This document shows positions 28,853 through 38,579 of a stretch of 64,000 bases of DNA, piece by piece (the stretch's first letter is position 1; every line of letters starts with the position of its first letter). Location of the stretch: positions 59,386-123,385 of the forward strand of contig CAZCFY010000001.1 in NCBI GenBank assembly GCA_964498095.1, read 5' to 3'. The notes beneath the pieces are model-generated. The model was not told the origin of the DNA, searched no databases, and worked only from the letters and a program-made list of their open reading frames with translations. Source of the stretch: an uncultured Bdellovibrionales bacterium (GTDB lineage: Bacteria > Bdellovibrionota > Bdellovibrionia > Bdellovibrionales > SG-bin7). The translations under genes and the position numbers were made by a program.

Positions 28853-30025
28853 TCAAATTGGCAGTTTAAAGGAAAAAGTGGCGCCCTCTCTTGGTCGTCC
28901 TTCTGCCGAAATTGTGCCGCCGTGAAGTTCAATGATTCTTGCTACGGAAGCAAGCCCCAAACCGGTACCGGAAAATTCAGATTGTTTGTGTAATCGGACC
29001 AAAGGTTTAAAAAGCTCTTTGGCTTGGTCAGGATGAAATCCATCGCCACGGTCTTCGATAATAAAGTTATCCTCTTTGCTGCAAAAGCGAATCCATATGG
29101 CGTTTTTGCGGCTTGAGTATTTAAAAGCATTTGAAAAAAGGTTTTCAAGTGCCATGCGAATTAAATCAGGATCGGCCTGGGCGCGAAGTTCAGGAGCGAT
29201 CTCCAGTTCCGTTTTGTGGCCTGAATATTGGACCGCTAGGCCATCGACGACTTCACTGGCAATGGCCGATAAATTGACAGGTTGCTTGCGCACGCTTTGG
29301 TTGGAAAGTTGGTAGAGGGCCAACATGCGCGTAATCTGCCAGTTAAGGCGATTTCCAGTGCGAATGATTGAGTCTAAATAGGTTTGAAGCTGAGGTTCTA
29401 GTTTGGAACGATGGCGCGCCAATAAATCCGAAAAGCCAATGATGGAAGCCAAAGGGTTTCGCATGTCGTGGGCTAAAGAGTGAAGCTGAAATTCGAGTTG
29501 TTGTTGTCTTCCCAAGAGAACATCCCGCTCAGCGGATCGCTCGACGATTGAATTTCTTAAGGAAAGATTCTCAAGCGCCACAGCAGAGCTGTTAGCGAGG
29601 ATCTGCAAAAGTTTAATTTCTTCAGGCATAGGCTGATACTCTTTAGACCAATAATTACCTATAGCCCCAATGGGTGATTCGCTTCGTATGGGGACCATAC
29701 AAAGGCTTTTTACAAATGTCGGACGGTACGCATCGTGTGGAATACGTTGATCTTTGTATATGTCAGAAATGAGAACTGTTTCACGGTGATTCATGCACCA
29801 TCCACTAATACAGCTTTCAAGTGGAAATTTTCGGCCTTTCCAGAGAGGCGAGATCGCGTTTTCATCAACGTAATAACAGCGGTCCTCGTCACGTAAAACA
29901 AATGTGGAGCCGTCGGATCCAGATATTTGGCGGGCGGCTTCAGCCACAGCCTGGGTTATTGTGTTTAGGCTAGTTGCGCTTGATAATTTTTCGATGGTGT
30001 CAGTAAGAGTCTTTGCGATAGACAT
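28853..30025 (-). CDS. GAF sensor histidine kinase
   Basis: N-terminal GAF. LAHDMRNPL, LENLFSNAFKY, DRGDGF, SGTGLGL. Confidence 0.92.
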   Translation of the reverse strand: MSIAKTLTDTIEKLSSATSLNTITQAVAEAARQISGSDGSTFVLRDEDRCYYVDENAISPLWKGRKFPLESCISGWCMNHRETVLISDIYKDQRIPHDAYRPTFVKSLCMVPIRSESPIGAIGNYWSKEYQPMPEEIKLLQILANSSAVALENLSLRNSIVERSAERDVLLGRQQQLEFQLHSLAHDMRNPLASIIGFSDLLARHRSKLEPQLQTYLDSIIRTGNRLNWQITRMLALYQLSNQSVRKQPVNLSAIASEVVDGLAVQYSGHKTELEIAPELRAQADPDLIRMALENLFSNAFKYSSRKNAIWIRFCSKEDNFIIEDRGDGFHPDQAKELFKPLVRLHKQSEFSGTGLGLASVARIIELHGGTISAEGRPREGATFSFKLPI

Positions 30026-30339
30026 TACTAAAAAAGGTTAGCATTGTGAAATATTGTTGTCTAGGTGATAGACCGTTAGGTCGAGTACGTTATCAGTAAG
30101 GTTTGCTTAATATTAAGGTTTATAGTCGACCCCTTGCTTTAATATCCCCGAACAGATTTGGTAGAGTAAAAAATAGTAAATCTAACCCAAATTTGTTTAA
30201 GTAAAAAGTACTGACTTGATTATTGCTTTAACAAATTAGTTCTTCAGTAAAACCGTTGAGGGGTAAGTGTCATTAGATCGTCCAATGAATTGGACGTTGC
30301 GGAAGGCCCTTCGTTACAGTATATAATATAGGGTAAAAA

Positions 30340-30693
30340 ATGAAAGCTAATAACAAAACCGTTTTGGTTATCGAAGACGATCATGAAACTCGCGTTGCTA
30401 TTCGTAACTGCTTGGAGCTTGCGGGATATTATGTCATGTCTGCCATTGATGGTGCTAAAGCGCTCGAACTCCTCGGCCATATTAGCCGCCCCAGCGCCAT
30501 ACTCCTTGATCTTAACATGCCCATTATGAATGGAGAAGAGTTTCTGAGGGCTACAAAACTCCATCCCGACTATAAAAATATTCCAGTCATTCAATTGTCA
30601 GCTGAAACGGATATAGGTTTACCAGGGGTCCATTCCGCAATCGGTAAGCCCGTTGATATAAAGCATTTGCTCAAAGTTCTTAAAAGCATTTAA
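30340..30693 (+). CDS. Single-domain response regulator
   Basis: VLVIEDD, LLDLNMP, KP. Confidence 0.9.
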   Translation: MKANNKTVLVIEDDHETRVAIRNCLELAGYYVMSAIDGAKALELLGHISRPSAILLDLNMPIMNGEEFLRATKLHPDYKNIPVIQLSAETDIGLPGVHSAIGKPVDIKHLLKVLKSI

Positions 30694-31006
30694 ACAAATA
30701 GTATTTGGCAGCGGGCTTTTTAGCCACAGGGCAAAATCGGCGAACGACCTTCCTCATCTAATTTTATTTAATTTCTAAGCTATCATTGACAGGCATACGG
30801 GTTGCAGATCTACATTTTAGGGGAAGGCGATGTGAAAAATTGCATATTCCACACTAGAATTATAGAAAGCAACTTTAGCCAGTGCCTTTATTATAACCAG
30901 ATCATTAACGCGGTGAATTATCAGCGACATTATTGGTTAGCGTCCAATGTGGTGGACGCATGCGTACAATGAGAACCAATACAATAGGTTATTTGCGGGG
31001 GGATGA

Positions 31007-31264
31007 TTGAGAAAACCTAACCTATCGAAAGAGGATAAGCGGTGGTTAGAGGCACTGGGAAGCCATTTGGATAAGCTTATTCTTCAAAACGGATATAAGT
31101 CGCCTTATGAGTTTTGGATTGAGGAAGCTGGTGACCACCTTTCGCGGGCGACATTAAATTATATTTTAAACGGAGAGGTCGACCTAAAAATTACGACCTT
31201 AAGAAAGTTTGCAACATTGCTCGAAGTCGAGCCTAAAGACATTCTTAATTTCAAATTTAAGTAA
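31007..31264 (+). CDS. XRE-family helix-turn-helix protein
   Basis: LSRATLNYILNG...KITTLRKFATLLEV. Confidence 0.75.
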   Translation: MRKPNLSKEDKRWLEALGSHLDKLILQNGYKSPYEFWIEEAGDHLSRATLNYILNGEVDLKITTLRKFATLLEVEPKDILNFKFK

Positions 31265-31356
31265 CATTTCTCTTTATAAGTTAAAAACACTTAAAGTGCG
31301 ATTTAGAATAATATTTTTGTAGCCTTTTCCCGCGGACTTGCAGAGAATTAGCGAGA

Positions 31357-32997
31357 ATGAGCGCAGGTTCAAATTATTCCCTGAACTATCGAGCCCTCTT
31401 TGAGGCATTGCCAACTCCTTGCTTGATTCTTTCGCCCCAACTGGTGATAGCAGCTGTTAACAAAGAATACTTATTGGCTACTATGACAGAGAGAGACGAA
31501 ATTGTAGGTCGGCATATTTTTGATGTTTTTCCAGATAACCCTGAAGATCAAGTAAGTCATGGCGAGCGAAATTTAAAGGCCTCATTGGAACGAGTACTAG
31601 AAACTAAAGCTTCGGATTCAATGGCTGTGCAAAAATATGATATCCGCCGCCCCGAATCAGAAGGGGGGCAGTTTGAAGTGAGGTATTGGAGTCCCATTAA
31701 TTCACCTATTTTTGATTCTGAGGGTGAAGTTGCCTACATCATCCATCGCGTGATCGATGTTACCGAGTTCGTTAAATTAGGTAAATCCGGTGACGAGCAG
31801 AATAAGATTAATGAAGAGCTCAGGTCCCGGGCGACAGTTATGGAAGCGGATATCTATAAAAGAACGCAGGAAATTATTAAGGCTAATGAGAAATTACGGA
31901 CAACTCTTGAAGAACACAAAAAAGTCGAGCAAGAGCTTTCTCAATATCACCTTGCTCTTGATCAGTCGATGATCGTGGCAATGACAGATGCTCGCGGAAA
32001 AATTACGTACGTTAACAACAAGTTTTGTGCAATTTCCAAATACTCTTTAGAAGAGTTAATAGGAAAAGATCACCGAATTATCAATTCTGGATTTCACCCA
32101 AAAGAATTTTTTGAGCATCTTTGGAAAACCATTAAATCAGGAGAAATTTGGCGCGGCGACATTTGTAATCGCGCGAAAGATGGCACGATATATTGGGTTG
32201 CGACAACAATTGCGCCACTATTTGATGGCGCGACGAGTCCGCAGCGATATTTAGCAATTCGTCTTGAAATTACCGAGAATAAAACTAGAGAAGGAGAACT
32301 CGCGCGCGCCAACAAGGATCTCGAAAATTTTTCCTATTCGGTCTCTCATGATTTAAGGGCGCCGTTGAGAAGTATGGTGGGTTTTAGCCAAGCTTTGCTT
32401 GAAGATTATAATGATAAGATAGATAGCGTAGGGCAAAGTTATTTAAGGAGAATCAAAGATGCGGCAATTAAAATGGGTCAACTCATAGATGGGTTACTAA
32501 ATATATCGAAGGTAGGCAGAAAGATATTAATAGTTAAGAATGTCAATTTATCAGCTTTGGCGGAAGAGGTTGTAAATGACTTACGCAATATCGAACCCAA
32601 TCGCCAAGTTGAGATTTTCATTTTCCCCAATATTTTTGCTCAGGGAGACCCGGTGTTATTGCGGGCCGTTCTTACGAATCTATTTAGTAATGCGTGGAAG
32701 TTTACCTCGCGTCGGACCGTTGCTAAAATTGAATTCTCAAAAAGGACCATTGGAGAGAGGACAATTTATTTTGTTAAGGATAATGGTGCCGGATTTGATA
32801 TGAATTTTTCCAATAAACTTTTTGGCGTATTTCAACGACTGCACACGACTGCAGAATTTGAGGGTAGTGGTATTGGGTTGGCAACGGTTCAACGGATTAT
32901 TCAGCGCCATGGCGGCTCAATTTGGGCAGAGGCTGGTCTTAACGTAGGCGCTACTTTTTCATTTACCTTAAATGAAAATCAACAGCTCGCTCATTGA
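31357..32997 (+). CDS. PAS-PAS sensor histidine kinase (Cph1-like kinase core)
   Basis: Two PAS/PAC domains. FSYSVSHDLRAPLR, NLFSNAWKFT, DNGAGFDM, GSGIGLA. Confidence 0.93.
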   Translation: MSAGSNYSLNYRALFEALPTPCLILSPQLVIAAVNKEYLLATMTERDEIVGRHIFDVFPDNPEDQVSHGERNLKASLERVLETKASDSMAVQKYDIRRPESEGGQFEVRYWSPINSPIFDSEGEVAYIIHRVIDVTEFVKLGKSGDEQNKINEELRSRATVMEADIYKRTQEIIKANEKLRTTLEEHKKVEQELSQYHLALDQSMIVAMTDARGKITYVNNKFCAISKYSLEELIGKDHRIINSGFHPKEFFEHLWKTIKSGEIWRGDICNRAKDGTIYWVATTIAPLFDGATSPQRYLAIRLEITENKTREGELARANKDLENFSYSVSHDLRAPLRSMVGFSQALLEDYNDKIDSVGQSYLRRIKDAAIKMGQLIDGLLNISKVGRKILIVKNVNLSALAEEVVNDLRNIEPNRQVEIFIFPNIFAQGDPVLLRAVLTNLFSNAWKFTSRRTVAKIEFSKRTIGERTIYFVKDNGAGFDMNFSNKLFGVFQRLHTTAEFEGSGIGLATVQRIIQRHGGSIWAEAGLNVGATFSFTLNENQQLAH

Positions 32998-33418
32998 GAA
33001 TTAACCAGTACATTCCGAGTTGCTGAACGGCAGAAATAAAATCATTTATTTCAACTGGCTTACATACATAACTATTGGCTCCAAGACTATACCCATTTAC
33101 GATGTCTTTATCTTCATTTGAGGATGTTAGAATTACGACGGGTAATAACTTGGTTTTTTCATTATCTCTAATACGCTTGAGCACCTCCAAGCCGCTGAGC
33201 TTTGGTAATTTTAGGTCTAAGAGGACGACAGTTGGAAGATCCTCGGCGTTGCGTTCAGCATATTTACCGCTAGCGAAAAGGAAGTCGACGGCTTCGCTGC
33301 CATCGCGCACGACAATAACCTCGTTGGAGATTTTTCCCTTTCTTAAGGCACGCAAGGTTAAATCTTCGTCGTCCTGATTATCTTCCACTAATAAAATTGT
33401 TTTCTTCTGAGAGCTCAA
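32963..33418 (-). CDS. Rcp1-like single-domain response regulator
   Basis: ILLVEDNQDD, LLDLKLPK, VVILTSS, GANSYVCKP, GMYWL. TTG start with GGGGAA upstream. Confidence 0.92.
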   Translation of the reverse strand: MSSQKKTILLVEDNQDDEDLTLRALRKGKISNEVIVVRDGSEAVDFLFASGKYAERNAEDLPTVVLLDLKLPKLSGLEVLKRIRDNEKTKLLPVVILTSSNEDKDIVNGYSLGANSYVCKPVEINDFISAVQQLGMYWLILNERAVDFHLR

Positions 33419-33446
33419 CGTTCCCCCTTGATTAATATCGCCTAGG

Positions 33447-35009
33447 CTATTGCAACAATGTTTCCAGTTTTTTTAACAAAATTTTTGCAGTAAATGGTTT
33501 TTCCAAGAATCCCGATGAGTTCCAGTCAATGCCGCGAGACTCCAGGGTGTCACCTAAATACCCCGATAAAAATAGTATCTTGAGATCAGGCGCAATCGTG
33601 CGCACGCTCTTTGCTAATTCGGGACCATCCATCTCAGGCATGACGACGTCTATGATCAAGAGATCAAAGTCTCTTCCCCTTGTTCTTATGATCTCCAGAG
33701 CGCTCTTTCCGCTCGAAGCCGTTACAACGTTGTAACCGTAGGCTTTTAAACCATCGCAAACGACTTCTCTTAAAACATCCTCATCTTCAACATAGAGAAT
33801 GTTTTTGGTGGCTCTGGTGTTGGCTATTGAACTTATTTTAGGATCGCGATTTCTATCGAGAGGAACTTGAGAATCTGATTTCGGTAGGTAAACGAAAAAT
33901 GCCGAACCCTGATTTGTTTTGCTTTCGACGTGAACAAGCCCCTTGCACTGCCTTATTATTCCAAATACTGTTGATAGTCCGAGTCCAGTTCCCTTTCCCA
34001 CTGGTTTAGTAGTGAAGAAGGGATCAAATATTTTCATGAGAACATCATCCGGCATTCCGCAACCAGAGTCTCTTACTATCAATTTTAAATAGTCACCGGG
34101 AATGCACTCCTGGCCGTATAGAAATTTTTCATTAGGCCCAATTTTTGCGTTACTTGCCTCTATTTTAATAGTTCCACCCTGCGGCAGGGCATCGCGCGCA
34201 TTGACTACTAAATTCATAATAACTTGTTCTATTTGAGCGGGGTCTGCTTGGACGTTGTGGATGTTTGGTTTTATATCAATGGATAACGTAACATCTTCGC
34301 CAATTATGCGGTTAAGCATCTTTTGAAAATCGATCAAAATATCACCAACATTTACAATAGTTGGCTGAAGAATTTGCTGTCGACTAAATGCCAATAACTG
34401 CTTTGTCAGTGAGGTTGCTCGTTCTTCCGCTCTAATAATTTGTTGAATGCTTTTCATCGCTAGTTCTTTGTTGTCAATACTCTCTTGGGCGCGTTCGGCA
34501 CAAGTTGCAATGACAGTAAGAATATTATTGAAGTCATGCGCTATCCCTCCGGCTAATCGGCCAATGGCCTCAAGCTTTTGAGACTGTCGAAGTTGTTCTT
34601 CCGTATGATTTAACTCCGCTTGAATTCGGCGCTTTTCCTCCGCTTCAGCCAGTTCTCGTTTTACCGCATGTATAAGACGAATAAAATTGTCCTTTAAAAT
34701 GTAATCGTGGGCGCCGGCCTTCATCGCCTCTACTGCCTTTTCTTCACCCACAGATCCCGAAATCAAAATAAAGGGAATTTTTAAGCCTTTCTCTTTTAGA
34801 ATTTCAAGTGCTCCCAAGCCATCAAAAGTTGGCAATGAGTAATCAGAAATTATAATATCCCAATCCTTTTTTTCTAATTGAGCGGTGAAATCTTTGGCGT
34901 TATCCACGCATTCTGATTCCAATATAAAATTACCCTGCGACAGGGCTCTTAAGACGAGTGCCGCGTCAGAGTCATTGTCCTCAATCAAAAGAAGTCTAAC
35001 CTTTTTCAC
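33447..35009 (-). CDS. Hybrid kinase REC-HisKA-HATPase-REC
   Basis: LLIEDN, SDYSLP, GGIAHDFNN, NLVVNARDA, GTGLGL, C-terminal REC. Confidence 0.93.
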   Translation of the reverse strand: MKKVRLLLIEDNDSDAALVLRALSQGNFILESECVDNAKDFTAQLEKKDWDIIISDYSLPTFDGLGALEILKEKGLKIPFILISGSVGEEKAVEAMKAGAHDYILKDNFIRLIHAVKRELAEAEEKRRIQAELNHTEEQLRQSQKLEAIGRLAGGIAHDFNNILTVIATCAERAQESIDNKELAMKSIQQIIRAEERATSLTKQLLAFSRQQILQPTIVNVGDILIDFQKMLNRIIGEDVTLSIDIKPNIHNVQADPAQIEQVIMNLVVNARDALPQGGTIKIEASNAKIGPNEKFLYGQECIPGDYLKLIVRDSGCGMPDDVLMKIFDPFFTTKPVGKGTGLGLSTVFGIIRQCKGLVHVESKTNQGSAFFVYLPKSDSQVPLDRNRDPKISSIANTRATKNILYVEDEDVLREVVCDGLKAYGYNVVTASSGKSALEIIRTRGRDFDLLIIDVVMPEMDGPELAKSVRTIAPDLKILFLSGYLGDTLESRGIDWNSSGFLEKPFTAKILLKKLETLLQ

Positions 35010-35135
35010 TTATAGCCATCGTACGCTCTATTGGACGAGAGTGCAAAAAAAAAGTACTAGCAATAATTAATAATTACTTAGTAAAAAGTTAACGAATGCG
35101 GAAAATATTAAAACGAACAAAGGGTTATATAAACT

Positions 35136-35507
35136 TCAGGTATTGGTGAGCTGATCTATGCAGTCTAAGAGTTCAGCACCAGAGAAGGGTTTTGCTAAAA
35201 ACTTTAGGTTTACGTCCTCGGTTGGCAAAAGTTCCTCCACGAGGTGTCCCGACATTAGGATGATCTTTGTGTGGGGCGATGCTTGGCGAATCCATTTTAG
35301 TAGTTCCAGGCCATTTAGATTGGGCGTAAGTAGGTCAGTAATTATGAGATCATAAGAATTTTGCGTGAGTCTTTGTTGGGCGACACTGCCATCGGGAGCT
35401 ACGGTTACTTGAAACTTGTGAAGTATGAGCGTGTTTAAGACTATGTCCCTAAAAAACTCGTCGTCTTCGACCAATAAAATTCTCGCTCTTTCCTTGATTA
35501 AGGACAT
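35136..35507 (-). CDS. Single-domain response regulator
   Basis: ILLVEDD, IITDLLTP, AKPF. TAATG coupling to the upstream kinase. Confidence 0.88.
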   Translation of the reverse strand: MSLIKERARILLVEDDEFFRDIVLNTLILHKFQVTVAPDGSVAQQRLTQNSYDLIITDLLTPNLNGLELLKWIRQASPHTKIILMSGHLVEELLPTEDVNLKFLAKPFSGAELLDCIDQLTNT

Positions 35508-36766
35508 TAGGCAGTTTTCCCTAATATTAAGGGAGATTGCTTATTGAATTGGATGACAAAGGTAGTATTAGAAAAAGAGTCATCATAACTAATTTCCGCA
35601 TTAATCTGGCTTAAGATGGATCTAGCGGTACTCAGGCCGAATCCTACCCCAGTTTTAATGTTTTGCTTAGTAGAAAAGAGAGGATCAAAAATTCTCCTTT
35701 GTATGTCCCGTTTAATTCCTAAACCCGCGTCGGTAATTGTTACAGTTATAGCCTCGTCTGTATCTGTTCCGCTTATCTTAATCCATCGGGCTGATTTTGA
35801 ATCTATCATTGCTTCAATGGAATTAGTGATGATGCTATTGAAGGCAGCGAGCAAATTGCTTGGATCCGCAGTTACAATCAAATCCTGACTGGGAAAGTCT
35901 ACGGTGATTTGGATCTTATGTTCTGCCGCAATTCTCTTATTTAATATTACGGTGCTATTGATTACCTCCTGTAATACTAGCTGTTGCAGCCTTCCTTTTG
36001 TAATAGACTGGCGCGCAAATACTCTTAGCTTTTGGATGAGGTGAGCCATTCCCTTGATCGATTCCTTCATGATGGCTATGCGTTTGGAGATCATTTTTAT
36101 ATCAACTGAATTTGATTGTAAGTGTCCTTCCATGAAGTCGGTAGAGAGAGATAGGGCCGCTATGGGAGTACTAAGTTCGTGCGCAATGCTACCTGACAAT
36201 AGTTCCTGAGCCTGAATGCGGCGGCTTTGCGAGTAGAGGCGAATAAGTTCCAGTTGAATCCTGATACGCTGGCCTAAAACGATTTTGGCAAGAATCGAAG
36301 CCGCTGCCAATACGGAAAGGGCAGAAAGCGCCACATGCTTGTTTGTCGATTGATAAAAAACCGCGCCGAAGACAATCCAGATTCCCGCTAAATAGGTATA
36401 GAACACCTTCCATGAGAATGTTATGCACGCCAAGCACAAGATTATAAGCAAGAGAGTATTGGTGTGCTGAATATCTCCGGAAAGAACCAAGTAAATCGCG
36501 GCTTTCGCATAGATAAGTCCGCAAAGATAAGAGATTATGAAGGATGGGCTGACGTGGCGAAATAAATAATCGGAAAAAAAGTAAACGAGAAAAAAGTTTG
36601 CGGTGGTAAAGGCCGCAAGAACGGAAAGTCCAAACTTAAAGTCCTCGGGTAATAGAAAGAATTGGCTTACTGAAAAAAACAGATAGAGAAGGCCAAGGCC
36701 AAGTGCATAGGGCCGAAGCATCTTGCGGCTAATTTCTTCTAGACTTTCTCTTTCCTGTTGCTGCAT
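35507..36766 (-). CDS. Membrane sensor histidine kinase (~6 TM)
   Basis: Hydrophobic N-terminus, IAHELSTP, NSIEA, DAGLG, GVGFGL. Confidence 0.88.
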   Translation of the reverse strand: MQQQERESLEEISRKMLRPYALGLGLLYLFFSVSQFFLLPEDFKFGLSVLAAFTTANFFLVYFFSDYLFRHVSPSFIISYLCGLIYAKAAIYLVLSGDIQHTNTLLLIILCLACITFSWKVFYTYLAGIWIVFGAVFYQSTNKHVALSALSVLAAASILAKIVLGQRIRIQLELIRLYSQSRRIQAQELLSGSIAHELSTPIAALSLSTDFMEGHLQSNSVDIKMISKRIAIMKESIKGMAHLIQKLRVFARQSITKGRLQQLVLQEVINSTVILNKRIAAEHKIQITVDFPSQDLIVTADPSNLLAAFNSIITNSIEAMIDSKSARWIKISGTDTDEAITVTITDAGLGIKRDIQRRIFDPLFSTKQNIKTGVGFGLSTARSILSQINAEISYDDSFSNTTFVIQFNKQSPLILGKTA

Positions 36767-36819
36767 CCATGTAATTTCGGATATTTCTCAATAGGAATAA
36801 AGTCCAGGCATCAAAAGAC

Positions 36820-38151
36820 TTAAAATAAGGAACCTAAAGCGGCGAAGTATTCTAGATCGATTGTTTCCGAATCATTAAGAGACATTTTTTGAAGAGCATC
36901 TTTGCCGCTCATGCCATCGCTATTTGGATTTTTAATGGCATAATTACAGAAAATATTGGCAACACTTATGAGCTTTGCAAAAGGATGTATTTTATCTCGT
37001 CTTAAGCGGCGAGGATAGCCCGACCCTAGGAGATTTTCATGGTGTTCAAGAGCGACCTGCAGAACGTCAGTGGGCACGGATCTCATGGACTCTAGGATCT
37101 CTTTTCCGCGCTGAGCGTGACCCTCAAGTGTACTTATTTCGGCCTGACTTAGTCGAACCCTTGGTTTATCGAGAATGCTTCGATCCAATTCCTTCTTACC
37201 TATGTCGTGAAATAAACCGGCAAGGCTCACTTTAAAAATAGTTTGGACGGAATTCCAGCCAAGTTTTTTGGCTATTAGCACCGCATAAGTGCTAACTCCA
37301 AGGCTGTGGGCGTAGAGATAATCAGAGTGTTCGTTAAGTACCTTTAGAGTCGTGAAGGCATCATCATCTTGAGACAAAATCTGCAGGCTATTTTGCACAA
37401 ATTCCTTGGCGATTTGAAAGTTTTCACTGTCTACACCATCAACAAAAGCCTTTTCTAAAATTACTTCGCCGGTGTATTTGACGAAATTCTTCTTAACTTG
37501 CATTGGTATTTTAGAGCTGGCGGCCATCGATTTCGTCAGTTTCAAATTCATTCCAACGAGAGTTGTATAGTCCTCCATGCGAATAAAGAGGTAGCGCACA
37601 TTTTTATCTTTATACATTTTTATTTTCTGGAGCGAGATGTCTTCGCCTTTATGGGCGATCTTCACGTAACGGTCTTCTCCTAAAAGAATATAGATATTAA
37701 ACGGGATCTGGTGCCCAACTATGAAGTCGTCGATAAAAATTTTGCAGTATTGAATCTCTTCTGCGGGCGGAGGCGCTGAGTCCGAGTTTGTTTTTAATAA
37801 AGATTGAATTGTGGTTATTAATTCAGATTCGCTAAACGGTTTTGTCAGAAACCCGTCGGCCCCCATCTCAAAGGCGGCTTTGGTTTCCAATATTTGCGAA
37901 AAGCCAGTCATTAAAACAAACGGGGTTGTGAATTTCTCCTTCACCCAATTCAAAAGCTCTACCCCGCTTAAATAGGGCATTTGGATATCGGAGATTATAA
38001 GGTCGTATTGGGTAAGGCTTAAAAGAGATTTCGCACTTCGACCGTCGGGGGCCTCGGTGATCTGAAAAGAATTTCTCTGTAAAACGTCTTTTAGTGCAAT
38101 TCTGAAAAATTCATCGTCCTCTACGAGTAAAACGCTTGCCACAAATTCCAC
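36820..38151 (-). CDS. REC + HD-GYP domain protein (putative c-di-GMP phosphodiesterase)
   Basis: N-terminal REC (SDIQMP), LFHDIGK, HHENLLGSGYP. Confidence 0.9.
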   Translation of the reverse strand: MEFVASVLLVEDDEFFRIALKDVLQRNSFQITEAPDGRSAKSLLSLTQYDLIISDIQMPYLSGVELLNWVKEKFTTPFVLMTGFSQILETKAAFEMGADGFLTKPFSESELITTIQSLLKTNSDSAPPPAEEIQYCKIFIDDFIVGHQIPFNIYILLGEDRYVKIAHKGEDISLQKIKMYKDKNVRYLFIRMEDYTTLVGMNLKLTKSMAASSKIPMQVKKNFVKYTGEVILEKAFVDGVDSENFQIAKEFVQNSLQILSQDDDAFTTLKVLNEHSDYLYAHSLGVSTYAVLIAKKLGWNSVQTIFKVSLAGLFHDIGKKELDRSILDKPRVRLSQAEISTLEGHAQRGKEILESMRSVPTDVLQVALEHHENLLGSGYPRRLRRDKIHPFAKLISVANIFCNYAIKNPNSDGMSGKDALQKMSLNDSETIDLEYFAALGSLF

Positions 38152-38182
38152 CTTTCATTCTATGGTTTATGATCACAGCTGT

Positions 38183-38560
38183 TTAAGCAAGCGGATTTTC
38201 AGAAAGGATAGGATGCTTTTTAAGCTCCTCTTTGGCGGACTCTAAACGAATGACCAGGTCTTCAATAAGTTTTGGAATACTTTGTTTCTCGTCGAATGCG
38301 CCATCACAGAGGGATTCGATCTTGGCACAAATCTCCATTACTTCGTCGGCTCCCAGCATTTTACTACTGGATTTTATCGAATGAGCTTCCATTCGCACGC
38401 CTAAAAAATTACTTATCGCCAAATTATCTCGCATTGTTTCTAGTCTTTGCGAAGAATTAGTAATGTAGACATCTATAAGCCTTTTTGCCAGCTTATGACG
38501 ATCTCCCATTGATGCGTCAAGATAGGAATATAAGGTATTTGTGTTTATAGACTTAGTCAT
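38183..38560 (-). CDS. Hpt (histidine phosphotransfer) protein
   Basis: LIDVYI...EAHSIKSSSKMLGA..V..IC.KIE. Confidence 0.85.
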   Translation of the reverse strand: MTKSINTNTLYSYLDASMGDRHKLAKRLIDVYITNSSQRLETMRDNLAISNFLGVRMEAHSIKSSSKMLGADEVMEICAKIESLCDGAFDEKQSIPKLIEDLVIRLESAKEELKKHPILSENPLA

Positions 38561-38579
38561 TTTGTACTAGTTTACCGCA

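Noticed and set aside
36774-36781. TCCGAAAT 7 nt before ATG 36766 as a fifth leaderless sigma28 promoter
   Set aside because: Poorer -10 match, different spacing and a weak -35, so it is not counted.
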